DNA of 63,755 nucleotides, the filler included, from Octopus bimaculoides (lineage: Eukaryota), in the NCBI RefSeq assembly GCF_001194135.2. It is 8 parts of 8 records of this genome, joined end to end, with 100 filler letters (N's around TTAATTAATTAA, not from the genome) between each part and the next. Parts side by side here need not be neighbours in the genome. Positions count along the whole stretch, not along the records: positions 36,195 to 41,559 come from NC_068983.1; positions 41,660 to 56,668 come from NC_068987.1; 6 more parts are not named here. The stretch is one strand, 5' to 3'. The position numbers and the translations under genes are program-made. The notes beneath the pieces were generated by a model that searched no databases, was not told the DNA's origin, and saw only the letters and a list, made by a program, of their open reading frames with translations. The first letter of the stretch is position 1. Each line of letters opens with the position of its first letter. Below are positions 38,941 through 51,290 of this stretch, piece after piece.

Positions 38941-39588
38941 NNNNNNNNNNNNNNNNNNNNNNNNNNNNNNNNNNNNNNNNNNNNNNNNNNNNNNNNNNNN
39001 NNNNNNNNNNNNNNNNNNNNNNNNNNNNNNNNNNNNNNNNNNNNNNNNNNNNNNNNNNNNNNNNNNNNNNNNNNNNNNNNNNNNNNNNNNNNNNNNNNNN
39101 NNNNNNNNNNNNNNNNNNNNNNNNNNNNNNNNNNNNNNNNNNNNNNNNNNNNNNNNNNNNNNNNNNNNNNNNNNNNNNNNNNNNNNNNNNNNNNNNNNNN
39201 NNNNNNNNNNNNNNNNNNNNNNNNNNNNNNNNNNNNNNNNNNNNNNNNNNNNNNNNNNNNNNNNNNNNNNNNNNNNNNNNNNNNNNNNNNNNNNNNNNNN
39301 NNNNNNNNNNNNNNNNNNNNNNNNNNNNNNNNNNNNNNNNNNNNNNNNNNNNNNNNNNNNNNNNNNNNNNNNNNNNNNNNNNNNNNNNNNNNNNNNNNNN
39401 NNNNNNNNNNNNNNNNNNNNNNNNNNNNNNNNNNNNNNNNNNNNNNNNNNNNNNNNNNNNNNNNNNNNNNNNNNNNNNNNNNNNNNNNNNNNNNNNNNNN
39501 NNNNNNNNNNNNNNNNNNNNNNNNNNNNNNNNNNNNNNNNNNNNNNNNNNNNNNNNNNNNNNNNNNNNNNNNNNNNNNNNNNNNNNNN

Positions 39589-39624
<36 letters not shown>

Positions 39625-40791
39625 GATAAAACATATAAAAAAGATGAATATTTATGTGTCTTACTAAACTGAATCCCCTACCGCCTTTAATCTCCCCAAA
39701 CTACCAACAGCACTTCAACTGTTTGTCATTCTACACCTATATTATATTACTGCACTCTTTGAAATCATCATCCTTAGACAGTTACACAATCGTAACTTTT
39801 CTTGTCTCAGCCCCTCATCGCATACTAATGCCATAGAAGGAGAGACCGAATCAGTTCCTATCCTCTGCTATCTACATCAACTAACCTCGTCACTAATGCA
39901 TATCCGTCATCGACAAAGTCGTACTATTTTCATCCTTGATTCCTTTTTAATATTCTGACTCAAACATGACCAAGCTCTTGCCATTTTTACAGCCATTAGG
40001 TTGTTCGACCATTACTTTATGATTAAGCAACACACATCTCATATTTGCAACGTCCCTCACATTTCCTGACCCTGTAGCATTTCATACCCGTTGACTGGTC
40101 AGAGAATGTTATTTCTATATTAATAATCCCTAGTAACACGTGTGCCTTACTTTTAAACACTCATTTGGTTCATTCATAAGTACAATGCAGAGCGTAACGC
40201 AAACAGGTTCGTCTACAACACTTAGATAAAATCACCTATCCCTACAAACTAGACTGTTTTTGTCCAGTATTGCCACTCCTGCCACACATTTTTCAGCTCT
40301 GTAAAAATCTCTCAGTACATCAAACATGCCGAAAGCCCTCTGGGTTCTAAAGTGGTTGCCTATAACATTTTTACCAACTTTATGTAGTCTTTTATTTTTC
40401 TCCAAGTCACAAATGATACATAGTTACCTTCCATGGAGACAGCTCCTTCTTCGAAACCAAACCAATAAAAATCCTTCAACAATGAACATTGGTGGAATAT
40501 GTTGCAAAGAACCAAAACTAGATTGTAAACTAGGTTTATCAGGAGCTTATCGTTTACACTAGGACATTCCTTATAAAATTAAGAAATGATAATCGCTAAC
40601 AATTGGACTGAAAAGTTGTTCATGAATTCAGATTATTGGGAGATTGCCAGAGCCGATTCTCTGGAACTTATTGCCAATAGACTGATGTGTAGATATGTCA
40701 GTGTTATATCTTCGTTTCTCAGTCACAGTTGTCAGCTGGAAGTAAAATCTTTGTTTTAAGGACATAACATTTAAATNNNNNNNNNNCTTAC

Positions 40792-40899
40792 AGCAATTAT
40801 TTTCATCGCTACCGTCACTGCAATCCCTGACTCTGTCACATACTTTAGATGCATTGAAACAATATTCATTCTTACATTTGATTGTTCCCGGTGGACAGA
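40792..40899 (-). CDS. Internal exon encoding one LDL-receptor class A repeat
   Basis: (X)[35 protein letters not shown]: six Cys with LDLa spacing and the D-C-x-D-G-S-D-E Ca2+ motif; acceptor tttccttgtgtttaCAG, donor T|GTAAG; 108 nt, phase 1-1. Confidence 0.92.
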
Positions 40900-41659
40900 C
40901 TGTAAACACAAGGAAAAACAAATTTTAAAACACGTTATTAAACTCCTGAAATTGAAGCAGACTAGTATTTTATCACTTCCATTTTATAAGAAACGAAATG
41001 ATTAATCAGGTAACATGAAATCTATGCCATTATTAGCTATGAATCTCTTATATTGAAATATATTCGCTAATGATCTTTTTCATCGAAAAGGACGGAGAAT
41101 CATGGAAGGGGATGGGAGAGTGAGTGTTTTCATAAGAACGTGAGAATGGAGTTTGCAGGTGGAGTTGGAGGTTAGTGCTGTGAGTGAGAAACAAGGTTGG
41201 TGTGCAGATGATGGGAAATATGAGTATGCAGAAGAGTAAAGCGGGAGATAAAAGAGTGGTTCAAGAAGGAGTATAGAATATTAATTCGTAGAACGATGTG
41301 CAAAATTAAGGAACTGTAGAGAAGGTGGGATAGGGAGACATAAGGGGTAATAGTAGGTGGGTCATGACGGTAAATATGAGAGGGACTTGAGAATGTGGTC
41401 GGATAAAAGAAGTGTTTGGAATGGAGTACAGTAGAAACACTGAAAGCACAGAAAGGGAGTGATTGATTGAAATAGTGTGAGCAGATATTATGAGGAATGA
41501 AAATAGTTCGATGTGGGAAGGGAGTGCACTTGGGAGGCTATGGGATGTAAAATATGCGANNNNNNNNNNNNNNNNNNNNNNNNNNNNNNNNNNNNNNNNN
41601 NNNTTAATTAATTAANNNNNNNNNNNNNNNNNNNNNNNNNNNNNNNNNNNNNNNNNNNN

Positions 41660-41815
41660 TTTGCAGGGTCTTTAAGCTTCCACACCCTTCTCCTCCAAGC
41701 CGGTCTAATTTTGGGCACCCATTTTGCCTTGATCCCAAAGTCGCTAACTACTAATCTATGTTGTGGGGTACATTCTTCGCCAGGGTAGGTTTTGGCATTT
41801 ATAAGCCGCCAAAAA
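41660..41815 (-). pseudogene. RTE-type LINE apurinic endonuclease C-terminal fragment
   Basis: [23 protein letters not shown]…[10 protein letters not shown]; the PGE…QHRL…D and WKLKD motifs. Confidence 0.8.
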
Positions 41816-41848
41816 TCCATATACATATATATACATACATACATATAC

Positions 41849-42005
<157 letters not shown>

Positions 42006-42048
42006 CATACATATACATACATACATATATATACATACATACATACAT

Positions 42049-42093
<45 letters not shown>

Positions 42094-43811
42094 CATAAAT
42101 ACATATATATATATATATACACACACATACATACACACACACACACACCACATCAAGATTCTTTTGAATAAGGTACTTAAAGGCAAGGCAGCTGGTTAGG
42201 TCAGAATGAAATGCATACACAACAGTTACAGACGAATACCAACATTGGTACTGGGATATTGTTATTTGGGTAATAACATACATAATTAATTGAGCATAAC
42301 TGAGTATATCATCAGCTCTTGAACTCTTCAGAAATGTCCATATTATCAAATATACAGTCCATAATATACTTTGGTTCATGTGAGGGGCAGGTTCCAAGAC
42401 AGGTGAATTAGAAATATATAAGTTACAATTGATGGATAGGTGTCAATTCATTACAGCCATTTCTATTGAACTCTTTAATTGATCAATGAGTACATTATAT
42501 CATTATAGAAAACTATTTTCTTCAAATGAATACATGAATTTTACAATCAAGCACATCTAAAAAAACATTTTAATCCTTGACAAATACATATTTTGTGATT
42601 TTTCAATCAGCGCTTATTACAGAATAAGAATATAACCGAAATAAAATAAATTCAAGTGGTTTAGTAGGAGGGGTATATTTCAGCTTTATAGTCTTAACAG
42701 GAGTTAGTTGGCTTGGTAGTAGGGAGAGGATAAAAGACATCCCAGAGTCTTTTCTCAGCAATTAAGAGAAAGGTGATTCCTTTTATCTAAGATACAATTT
42801 CACTAGAGGTTCAGTGGCAAAGAGTTAAATACAAAAAAATGAATAATTAGTTTATTACAGAGTATAAGTAGTCAGATACCAAGAGTAAACAACATGTTTA
42901 AAAGGCATTTAAAAACATGTAATTATAAATGTAGACCTAAATCTTCGTAGGGGTAACAAAGTAAATCATATTACAGTAATATTGAAGATGCAATATTTTA
43001 GGATAGATTATAAGGTTTTGTAGTATATTAAAGGCAGAGAGAAGATAAACTAGATCCTCATCGATCATCCAGCAGCTATTAACAGCTAGTATTTAGTTTG
43101 TTGCTATTATGTTAAACTGTCATATGTCCAAATTTGCCCAAATGCATTTTTTCAATTTCACTTGTATTAGCCAATTCTTTTGATCAAACTATCGTATCTC
43201 CAGCTGCTTCAGATGAAAATTGTCAAAGTGTAGTACAACAATTTAGCATTTTTCAAAAGTGCAGTAAGTCCCACATGCGATCATTTTGTAAAAATATTTC
43301 TGTCCGAAAATATACATGCATGGAGTTATGATTTTATGCGCCCAACAAAGTATTATTGTTAAGCTGAAACTGTTCCTAATGTAAAAAGAAATGGAATGGT
43401 GAAACTATTTCTTCGTTTTCAGAAAAAGCAATGTTTTGGACTTATGACAATTTTGCATAATAGTAACGAGTTGTATTTCCAGCTTAGTTAAAACAGGTAT
43501 AATTAGTAAGCTATAAGTATGATAGGATACTAAAAAACAAAGAATAATTATGTAGACCTCAAAATCTTAGTAAGGGTAACAAACAAATTAAATCCTATTA
43601 CATTAATATACTATGAAACATTATAATCTATCCTGAAATATTATATCTTTAATATTACTCTAATATGATTTACTTTGAACATATGAAACTATTAATAGCA
43701 CATAATAACATGTATTGTATCTATTGAATAATATTAATCTCTCACCTGATGGAGTACTTTTTTTGATGATCTTACCATCATGGAATAGTACATAATATAT
43801 GTGCAGGTATG

Positions 43812-43844
<33 letters not shown>

Positions 43845-44062
43845 NNNNNNNNNNNNNNNNNNNNNNNNNNNNNNNNNNNNNNNNNNNNNNNNNNNNNNNN
43901 NNNNNNNNNNNNATTTCTGAAAGATGTATGTTTTATATGACACAATAATCATTTTGAATTATAATTAAAATTAAAAATATACAAAATATAAATGTATATA
44001 AAAATATATGCGTAAGTGAGTGTAAATATAATTCGATTAAAATATTATGAAAGTCTAAAATG

Positions 44063-44153
44063 CATCTTACGATCATTTTGCGGATATTATTGCCTTTATA
44101 ATGTAATCTAATATAAACAAGCATATTGGCAATAATTCCGCTCTTCAGAGATG
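44063..44153 (-). ncRNA. Type I hammerhead ribozyme with long stem II, CpG-decayed, in probable PLE pseudo-LTR
   Basis: CATCT-CTGAAGA-GCGGAATTATTGCC[33 nt]GGCAATAATATCCGC-AAAA-TGATCG-TA-AGATG: 5-bp stem I, 14-bp stem II with one bulge, near-palindromic stem III. Confidence 0.75.
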
Positions 44154-44805
44154 TATAAAGTTATTATTATATATGTGAAAACGAATGGTATACATAATAA
44201 AATATGCTATAGGATGATGTTAATTAAAATATTAAAAAATATTAAGAATATTAAAAATATATACTGTCCTTTGAGAATTTGTAAATCCAATCCATCATAT
44301 AATTTGGAAAATTCAGTTTTCCTTTGTAGATATTTTATATGATATATAGTTTTTGATGTTGGTATATTTTTCAGAATATTTGAGAATCACAGTACATTAT
44401 TAGAGTAGAGTCCACCTTGTTGTTAGATTTATTGCGTTATTTCGCAATAATTAAATATATAATGTAATATTAGTAAATCCTATGAATCACATCCAATATT
44501 TAAATGTTCCATCCACTGCGTGTATTTCATTATTAAAAAATTTGGTTAGAATTGAGATAAGTATATATAGAAGTTTTTTTTATTTGTTAGAAGATTCCAT
44601 TTCAAATTTAGATTTAATTTAATATGAATGTTATTATTACTTATAAAAGTAATATAATAGAATCTAGGTTCAAATTCTTAAGTGTTTAGATTTAACATAT
44701 TTATTTTAAATTTAATTTAATATAATTATGAAAGTATTGTAAATTACTAGTATTTGAGTTCAATTATTAAGTGTCTAGATTTAACACGTATATATACCTA
44801 ACACT

Positions 44806-44836
<31 letters not shown>

Positions 44837-44939
44837 GTGTATACATATATATATACACACATGCACACACATATAGACATATATACATACTTTTTTTACA
44901 TATCAATACAAATGCTTATACAAATACACGTCTTTTTTT

Positions 44940-45443
44940 CTATTCTACCTTATTTTTGGATCTATTATAATATTTAAAGGTTTTGTAGTACCTATGTTTA
45001 CATGATGATATCGCGTCTGACTTGCTATTTATTAGATTGTCAAATTTATATAGTAATATATGCAGTGATTCTAATGTGCATAAACGGCAATTATTTGATT
45101 TATGTGTATATGGTATGGCAGAATCTATTATTGACCAGTCTAATTTATAATTAATCTTGTTTTTATTGAGTTTCTGTATATATGTGGCTAATGAAGTTGT
45201 ATTATTATTTATATTTGGTTTAAATGAATGTATATGCGCCAGATATCTTTGTTTAAAATTAGTAGAACTCCCTATGTATACCATTTTATGTGATTTATTA
45301 ATTATTGTGATTATGCATTTATATACTATATTAAGTCTTTTACGATTGCCTTGTAAAGGGCATATTTTTTTATTTTTACATGAGCAATTTTTATTGTTTT
45401 TATATTTCTGTTGTGGTGAATAGTTATTATTATCCTTATTATT
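44940..45443 (-). mobile_element. Penelope-like element, open GIY-YIG endonuclease C-terminus (167 codons, stop to stop)
   Basis: NCSCKNKKICPLQG…NIVYKC…VYIGSSTNFKQRYLAHIHSF…TSLATYI…DWSII..A.PY…CRLCTLE…LINSK.D…CKH*. Confidence 0.88.
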
Positions 45444-45446
45444 TTA

Positions 45447-46543
45447 TGTGTGACTTTTGCTTTGCATTTGTACAAGTTGGATCCAAGTCTCACCCAGAGA
45501 CCTCAAGAGACAACAAGTTAGAAGTTCATGTAGGTGTTATGCCTAGGGTACCATATATTTCGATTTGTACATAGTGTTGTTCTAGAGAATGTTTAAGAAA
45601 CCATAAGAAAATTATGTGTTTGTTTTAAAATTTGAGATCACATAGACAGTAGGATATGGGCAATTCCCATGAGCACTATCTTTTGAACTTCAGCCATTTT
45701 GGGGTTTCCTGGTATCTGAGCTAGGTAGTANNNNNNNNNNNNNNNNNNNNNNNNNNNNNNNNNNNNNNNNNNNNNNNNNNNNNNNNNNNNNNNNNNNNNN
45801 NNNNNNNNNNNNNNNNNNNNNNNNNNNNNNNNNNNNNNNNNNNNNNNNNNNNNNNNNNNNNNNNNNNNNNNNNNNNNNNNNNNNNNNNNNNNNNNNNNNN
45901 NNNNNNNNNNNNNNNNNNNNNNNNNNNNNNNNNNNNNNNNNNNNNNNNNNNNNNNNNNNNNNNNNNNNNNNNNNNNNNNNNNNNNNNNNNNNNNNNNNNN
46001 NNNNNNNNNNNNNNNNNNNNNNNNNNNNNNNNNNNNNNNNNNNNNNNNNNNNNNNNNNNNNNNNNNNNNNNNNNNNNNNNNNNNNNNNNNNNNNNNNNNN
46101 NNNNNNNNNNNNNNNNNNNNNNTGTTGAGATACTCTGTAGGTGCAAGCAGACTGCACATGGAGACAACATGATCGATGGTCACATTTTGTTGTTGGCATA
46201 TACGACATAATGGGGAGCTGCCGTTCTTTAATATGTTGGCCTGGTAGTTCTTTGTAGGTAGGCATTGATCTTGGGCTTCTATGATAAACCCCTCTGTTTC
46301 TGATTTCAAGCCAGAGGCCATTAGCCATTGATGGGTAAGGGCTTTGTCAATATCTGCATTATTTGCTCTCTTTGGGTATTTGCCATTGAGAGGTTTTCCA
46401 TGCCATTTTTCAGTCATAATATCTAAGGCAGCAATTTTAGCACGGGTTTTCAAGCGCTTAACTTTTTCTGCAGGTGTTTCTAGTTCGTCTAATTCTTGAA
46501 TTTGTTGCAATTGGAATTCACTTAGATATTCCTTTGCCTGTTT
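45447..46543 (-). mobile_element. 5'-truncated R4/Dong-clade non-LTR retrotransposon with 3' UTR (internal N gap)
   Basis: GLKSETEGFIIEAQDQCLPTKNY…CRICQQQNVTIDHVVSMC (CCHC knuckle)…VQKIVLMGIAHIL*; both ends abut (AAT)n-like tracts. Confidence 0.85.
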
Positions 46544-46574
46544 TATTATTATCATTATGATTATTATTATTATT

Positions 46575-46740
46575 TGTGGTGTATAAAGTATTACTTATTG
46601 AATTTGTTGTAGTGTTTATTATCTTGGAATTATATGTGTTTGCTGCTTGTGATTTATTGTTTCTATTTATATTGGGTTATATTGTTGGATTTATTGATGC
46701 ATATTGTCTTTTTTCAGCATAACAAATTAACAATTTAAAC
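46575..46740 (-). pseudogene. Possible upstream continuation of the same PLE (linker region)
   Basis: PNINRNNKSQAANTYNSKIINTTTNS…TTNNNN resembles the PN…HN.KI segment before the PLE CxC motif and ends in the Asn tract. Confidence 0.35.
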
Positions 46741-46994
46741 TATTGTTTTAAATCATTAAATTTCATTATAGCAAATGTTTTTTATTTGTACTCATAAAAA
46801 TGAGGAAGAGTTGCTTTTTATTCAGAAGTTTTCACTCAATACGAAATCTCTCAATCATATTCATAAAAATCTGTATACTGGAAGATTTACAGTAAATCCA
46901 GATACAGATACCCAAAGAAGTCTTTATACTAGAAGAGATTAGATCTTAGAAATATCTCTACTCACTTAATTTTAAACTTTTAAATGATATTCTG

Positions 46995-47690
46995 ATCATC
47001 ATCATCATCATCATCATTTAACGTCCGCTTTCCATGCTGGCATGTGTTGGACGATTTGACTGAGGACTGGCGAACCAGATGGCTGCACCAGGCTCCAATC
47101 TGATCTGGCAGAGTTTCAACAGCTGGATGCCCTTCCTAATGCCAACCACTCTGAGAGTGTAGTGGGTGTTTTCACATGCCACTACCACAAGGGCCAGTCA
47201 AGCAGTACTAGCAATGGCCATGCTCAAGTGGTGTTTTTTTACGTGCCACCTGCACAAGAGCCAGTCTAGCGGCACTGGCAATAACCTTGCTTGAATGTTT
47301 TTTCATGTGCCAGTAAGGCAACGCTAGTAACAAACACATTCAAATGGTGCTTTTTGCATGCTACCGGCATGGAAGCCAGACAGCTGCTCCAGCAGCGATC
47401 ACGCTTGGATGGTGCTCTTAACGCTCCACTGGTATGGGTGCCAGTCATCGAATTTGCAAATTTGATTTGATTTTGATTTCACTTGCCTCAACAGGACTTT
47501 GCAAGCAGAGTTTAGTGTCCAATGAAGGAAAGGTATGCATAAGTGGGCTGGTTACACCCCTGGCATAAGCCACATGTTATGATCTCACTTGGCTTGCCGG
47601 GCCTTCTCATACACAGCATATTTCCAAAGGTCTCAGTCACTAGTCATTGCCTCGGTAAGGCCTAATGTTCGATTAAATGATAATCTGTAT
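46995..47690 (-). mobile_element. Family E retroposon with (ATG)n tail and internal ~60-70-bp subrepeats
   Basis: (CAT)n-TTAACGTCCGCTTTCCATGC…GGATGCCCTTCCTAATGCCAACC; homologous to 51291-51776, 54904-55460 and 55607-55869. Confidence 0.8.
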
Positions 47691-48761
47691 GTTGATTAAT
47701 GCAGGGTGTGTGAAAAAAAATACTTCCTATTCATCAATCTTGATAACATTTCAGCAGCAAAAAAATCAGGGTCCACCAATTCAAGCCATGATCATAATTA
47801 AAAATCGAATGATAAAACATTAACTACATGAAGACACCATTATCACTTGCCTTACTTCATTAGCACCACATACATGCTTATGAAAAATGTGGGAGGTTTT
47901 TCTGCTGCAGCAAATTCCACAATATTTTAAGCTTCATAAAATATATACAAATCTAGAAACTGAGTTTTTATGACAAATATGAAATAGGAATTTTTACTAT
48001 ATGTATGATACATTTTGAACAATATGTCTAAGTTCAATTTTTCTTGGCTATTAAGGTCTCTTAATTAAATAAAAAGGGAAGTTGGTATGCTCGTGACATT
48101 TCTCAGGGCATTAAAAGAAATGGTCTCATCTGGCAAGTGAAACTGTACCAGTCTAGCAGAGTTTATGATTTGTTTTAAATGTTATAGTATACGCTGTATA
48201 TAAAATAGAAGTGTGATTAATGTTTTGAAGAAGGTTGTGAGCTTTATACATTCTTGTGTTATATAAGAACATCATAGAAAATTTTGTGCAATGCAATGAG
48301 AGTAACAACTTCACAGATTCCATCAACTTTCTTTGAATTTAACTTTCAGAAAAAGGAACTAAATTCAGTGGCAATTTGATGAAACAGGTGTCAGGTTTAC
48401 ATAATCGCTGTTATTTACAGACAGAATTGTTACTACCATATAGTACTTACAACTAAATGGATTCTATCCCTGAAAACTTAATGATATAAAACACACACAC
48501 ACATGCATACACACACGTGCACACACACACGCATGCATGCATGCACGTACGCACACACATTTTTTTTTCTTGTTCTCCCTTGCTTTCATTATTTTGATAC
48601 CAATTTTCAAATAGATCTACTGAAATGTAAATAAAGCATTATTTTAGCATCAGTGCACATGCTAGCACATGCACACACACACACATGTTAATACATACAC
48701 ACACACACGTGTGTATGCCATTAATGGAAACAAAAGGTACTATAACAAAAATTAGTGTTAC

Positions 48762-48840
48762 CTTTTTGCATTCCAAACTTTTCAAACATCCTCATCAATG
48801 AATTATATTCCTCAATGGTAAGTAAAGCCAAAAGATCCTC
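48762..48840 (-). CDS. Candidate internal exon (EDLLALLTIEEYNSLMRMFEKFGMQK), product unknown
   Basis: Strong acceptor tttctttttactataTAG and donor AAG|GTAACA; 79 nt, only the phase 0-to-1 frame is open; helical, protein-like composition. Confidence 0.42.
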
Positions 48841-50442
48841 CTATATAGTAAAAAGAAAGTGGGTTATATGCTACTTATGGACAATTTCTCTTTGCTATTT
48901 TGAAAGAAATTCAAGTCTGTGACTTGTTTTTGAGTTCTTGGTGAAATCGGTTCAGGTTTAAAAAGTCCACAATTGTAAACCTTAATTTTCCATCCCACCA
49001 AATTCTTAGACTCAGTTTAATGTAAAACTATTAAAAAAAGCAGAGAAGAAACAATCCAGTTTATTATTTCCCAAAGGCACCCTGAAATCATAGCAAGTAC
49101 ATCTAAAATTAGATAAGCAGCGTAATGATTAGCATTTATTTGACATACAGTCAGAGTTGTTTACTGTAATGTTACCAAATCATGTAACAGGCTCTGGCTT
49201 TTATTTTTGTTAATAGACTTAAACACAATAAGTTAGATAAAGCATCCTTGAAAATAGCCTTTGTAATCATCCTCTCGGAAATTGCAACAAGTGTATAACA
49301 AACAGGATCTATAAAAGATGTTCAGCATTATAATGCTCATAGATTGTTCATTATATATAGCAGATAAGTGTTTATCTTATCTTCATTGTTTATATAATAA
49401 TTTTCCATGCACAATATTTAAATATTTAGACTACACACTGAATATATATTTATCAAGAGGATGCAGAATCATAAATTACAAGATTTGTGGTGGAACAGCT
49501 CATTAAAGCTCCATAAATCACCCCTCTTTTTTATCTTTTGCTGTTTCCATTTAGTTTTCTTTGAATTAGGAACATTTCATCCTATGATATTTGATTAAAT
49601 TTTATCCTCATTTTGGATAAGATTGACTCGTTTGTTATAAATCTGATTTACTTTTTAGATATCTGATAGCATTTTTCCTTTTTGAACTTTTAGTTTTATA
49701 ATTGGGTTTTCTGTTTCTAGAAAATAATGTTTTTGGTGGAGATTAATTGTTAGGTAAAATAAATCTGAATGAAAGATGTGGATAAAATATATGTAATTCC
49801 AAGATATAACTTGATGAAAAAGAAACTATGTTCAATTGAATCTGAGACACTTGTACCTACCTACTCGCCACAATTTTACTGAAGCTTTTAGCAAAAATTA
49901 ATCTAAGTACCTTATGATACAATCCTTGGTATTTAAAGGAAACAATCAGAATTTCTAACTTTCTGAAGGACAGACATTCAAATAATTGCAGCCAATGACA
50001 CAGTTTCTATCAAAGTGCTTATACCGAGAATACTGCAGGCACTGCTTCTTTATCGTTGGTGTCAAATATAACTGGGAGTTTGAATCAAGTATTTAGGGAG
50101 TAAAATGGTTTGAAATCTAAAATACTAATACTGCAGCAAGATGGGGGTACTAATAATATGTTTAATGTTTTATACTTCTACTCTAATTAGTGTACTTATT
50201 CTGAAACTTCATCTGTAGGAATATTAAATCAACCTCAGTAACCAGGATAAAAGAGTAAATAATAAAATATAATTTCCTTCCAGAATATAAGGTGACAAAT
50301 TTAAGAGTTTAAATTTGAAATATTCAATGAGTGAAATAATAGATTCTCACTATTGCTTCTGTATTGATATCAATTTCAAATACTACCTAAGACTACATAA
50401 ACTCTACAAAGTCAAAGTAGTAGATATTCTTTTCCTTTTTCT

Positions 50443-50530
50443 TCTAGGCACAAGGCCCGAAATTTTTGGGGAGGGGGCCAGTTGCTTAGGTCAACCCCAG
50501 TACACAACTGGTACTTAATTTATTGACCCC
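50443..50530 (-). mobile_element. SINE family C-related 3' fragment
   Basis: TTTTCTTCTAGGCACAAGGCCCGAAATTTT.GGGGAGGGGGC…ACCCCAG…AACTGGTACTTAATTTAT, shared with 9455-9520 and 30292-30380. Confidence 0.6.
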
Positions 50531-50538
50531 ATAAAAGA

Positions 50539-50698
50539 CGAAGACTGGTGTGTAAACAACAAACAGATGTATTAGTTTAACGCTTGGGAAGTGAGAAAGT
50601 CTTTTACATTTCGAGCCTATGCTCTTCCACAGAAAGGAACACAGAAATAAACAGGGAGAGAAAATAAAAAAGGTTTAGTGGCTAGCGATCTATCATGG
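50539..50698 (-). mobile_element. Short non-coding HHR-bearing element (retrozyme- or pLTR-like), copy 1
   Basis: Co-linear with 57376-57537 over ~160 bp, roughly 85% identical by eye. Confidence 0.75.
50601..50636 (-). ncRNA. Minimal type I hammerhead motif, A6U variant
   Basis: CTTT-CTGTGGA-A-GAGC ATAG GCTC-GAAA-TG-TA-AAAG. Confidence 0.6.
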
Positions 50699-50879
50699 CA
50701 AATGTCGGACAGAGGGGTCACATAGGAGAGCTAGGAAAAAGGGGACATGATAAAGTAGCAGTGATCCCAAAATGAAGGTGCACATGCATGTGGAAGGGGG
50801 CTGGTGACCTTGGTGTGCGTGTGTGCATGTGTAGGTGTGCAGATGATGGTGTGGGTGCTGGGAAGTGGTCAGTACTAGT

Positions 50880-51020
50880 GTGTGTGGGGTGGTGCTGTGT
50901 GGCATGGTGGTGTGGTGGTGTGGTGGTGTGTGGTGTGGTAGTGTGTGGTGTGGTGGTGTGTTGTGTGGTGTAGTGTGGTGGTGTGTGGTGTGGTGTGGTG
51001 GTGTAGTGTTGTGGTGTGGT
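50880..51020. repeat. Degenerate (GTG)n/(TGTGG)n tract
   Basis: Direct reading. Confidence 0.85.
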
Positions 51021-51290
51021 GGTGTTATACCCATACATACACACATATATATATGTATATATACACACATACCTATATATATACATACATACACATTTAT
51101 ATATACATACACATACACACACACACACATATATATACATACATATTTTTCTTTTCTTTTGTTTCAGTCATTTGACTGCAGCCATGCTCGAGCACCACCT
51201 TTAATCGAGCAAGTCAAGCAATATTGGGAGGACAAACACAGATATACACACACACACACACACACATGTATGTATGTATGTATGTATGTA

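Noticed and set aside
43200-43230. SDENC peptide resembling an LDLa C-terminus
   Set aside because: Opposite strand to the real LDLa exon and lacks the preceding cysteines.
47058-47085. CTGAGGA…GAA(A)CC in family E copies as a hammerhead
   Set aside because: No stem I complement and no UH cleavage site, and it lies antisense to the element's tail polarity.
48930-49032. FYIKLSLRIWWDGKLRF resembling a Cys-loop receptor beta-2 strand
   Set aside because: Strong acceptor but no convincing in-phase donor and no other Cys-loop segments nearby; resemblance may be chance.
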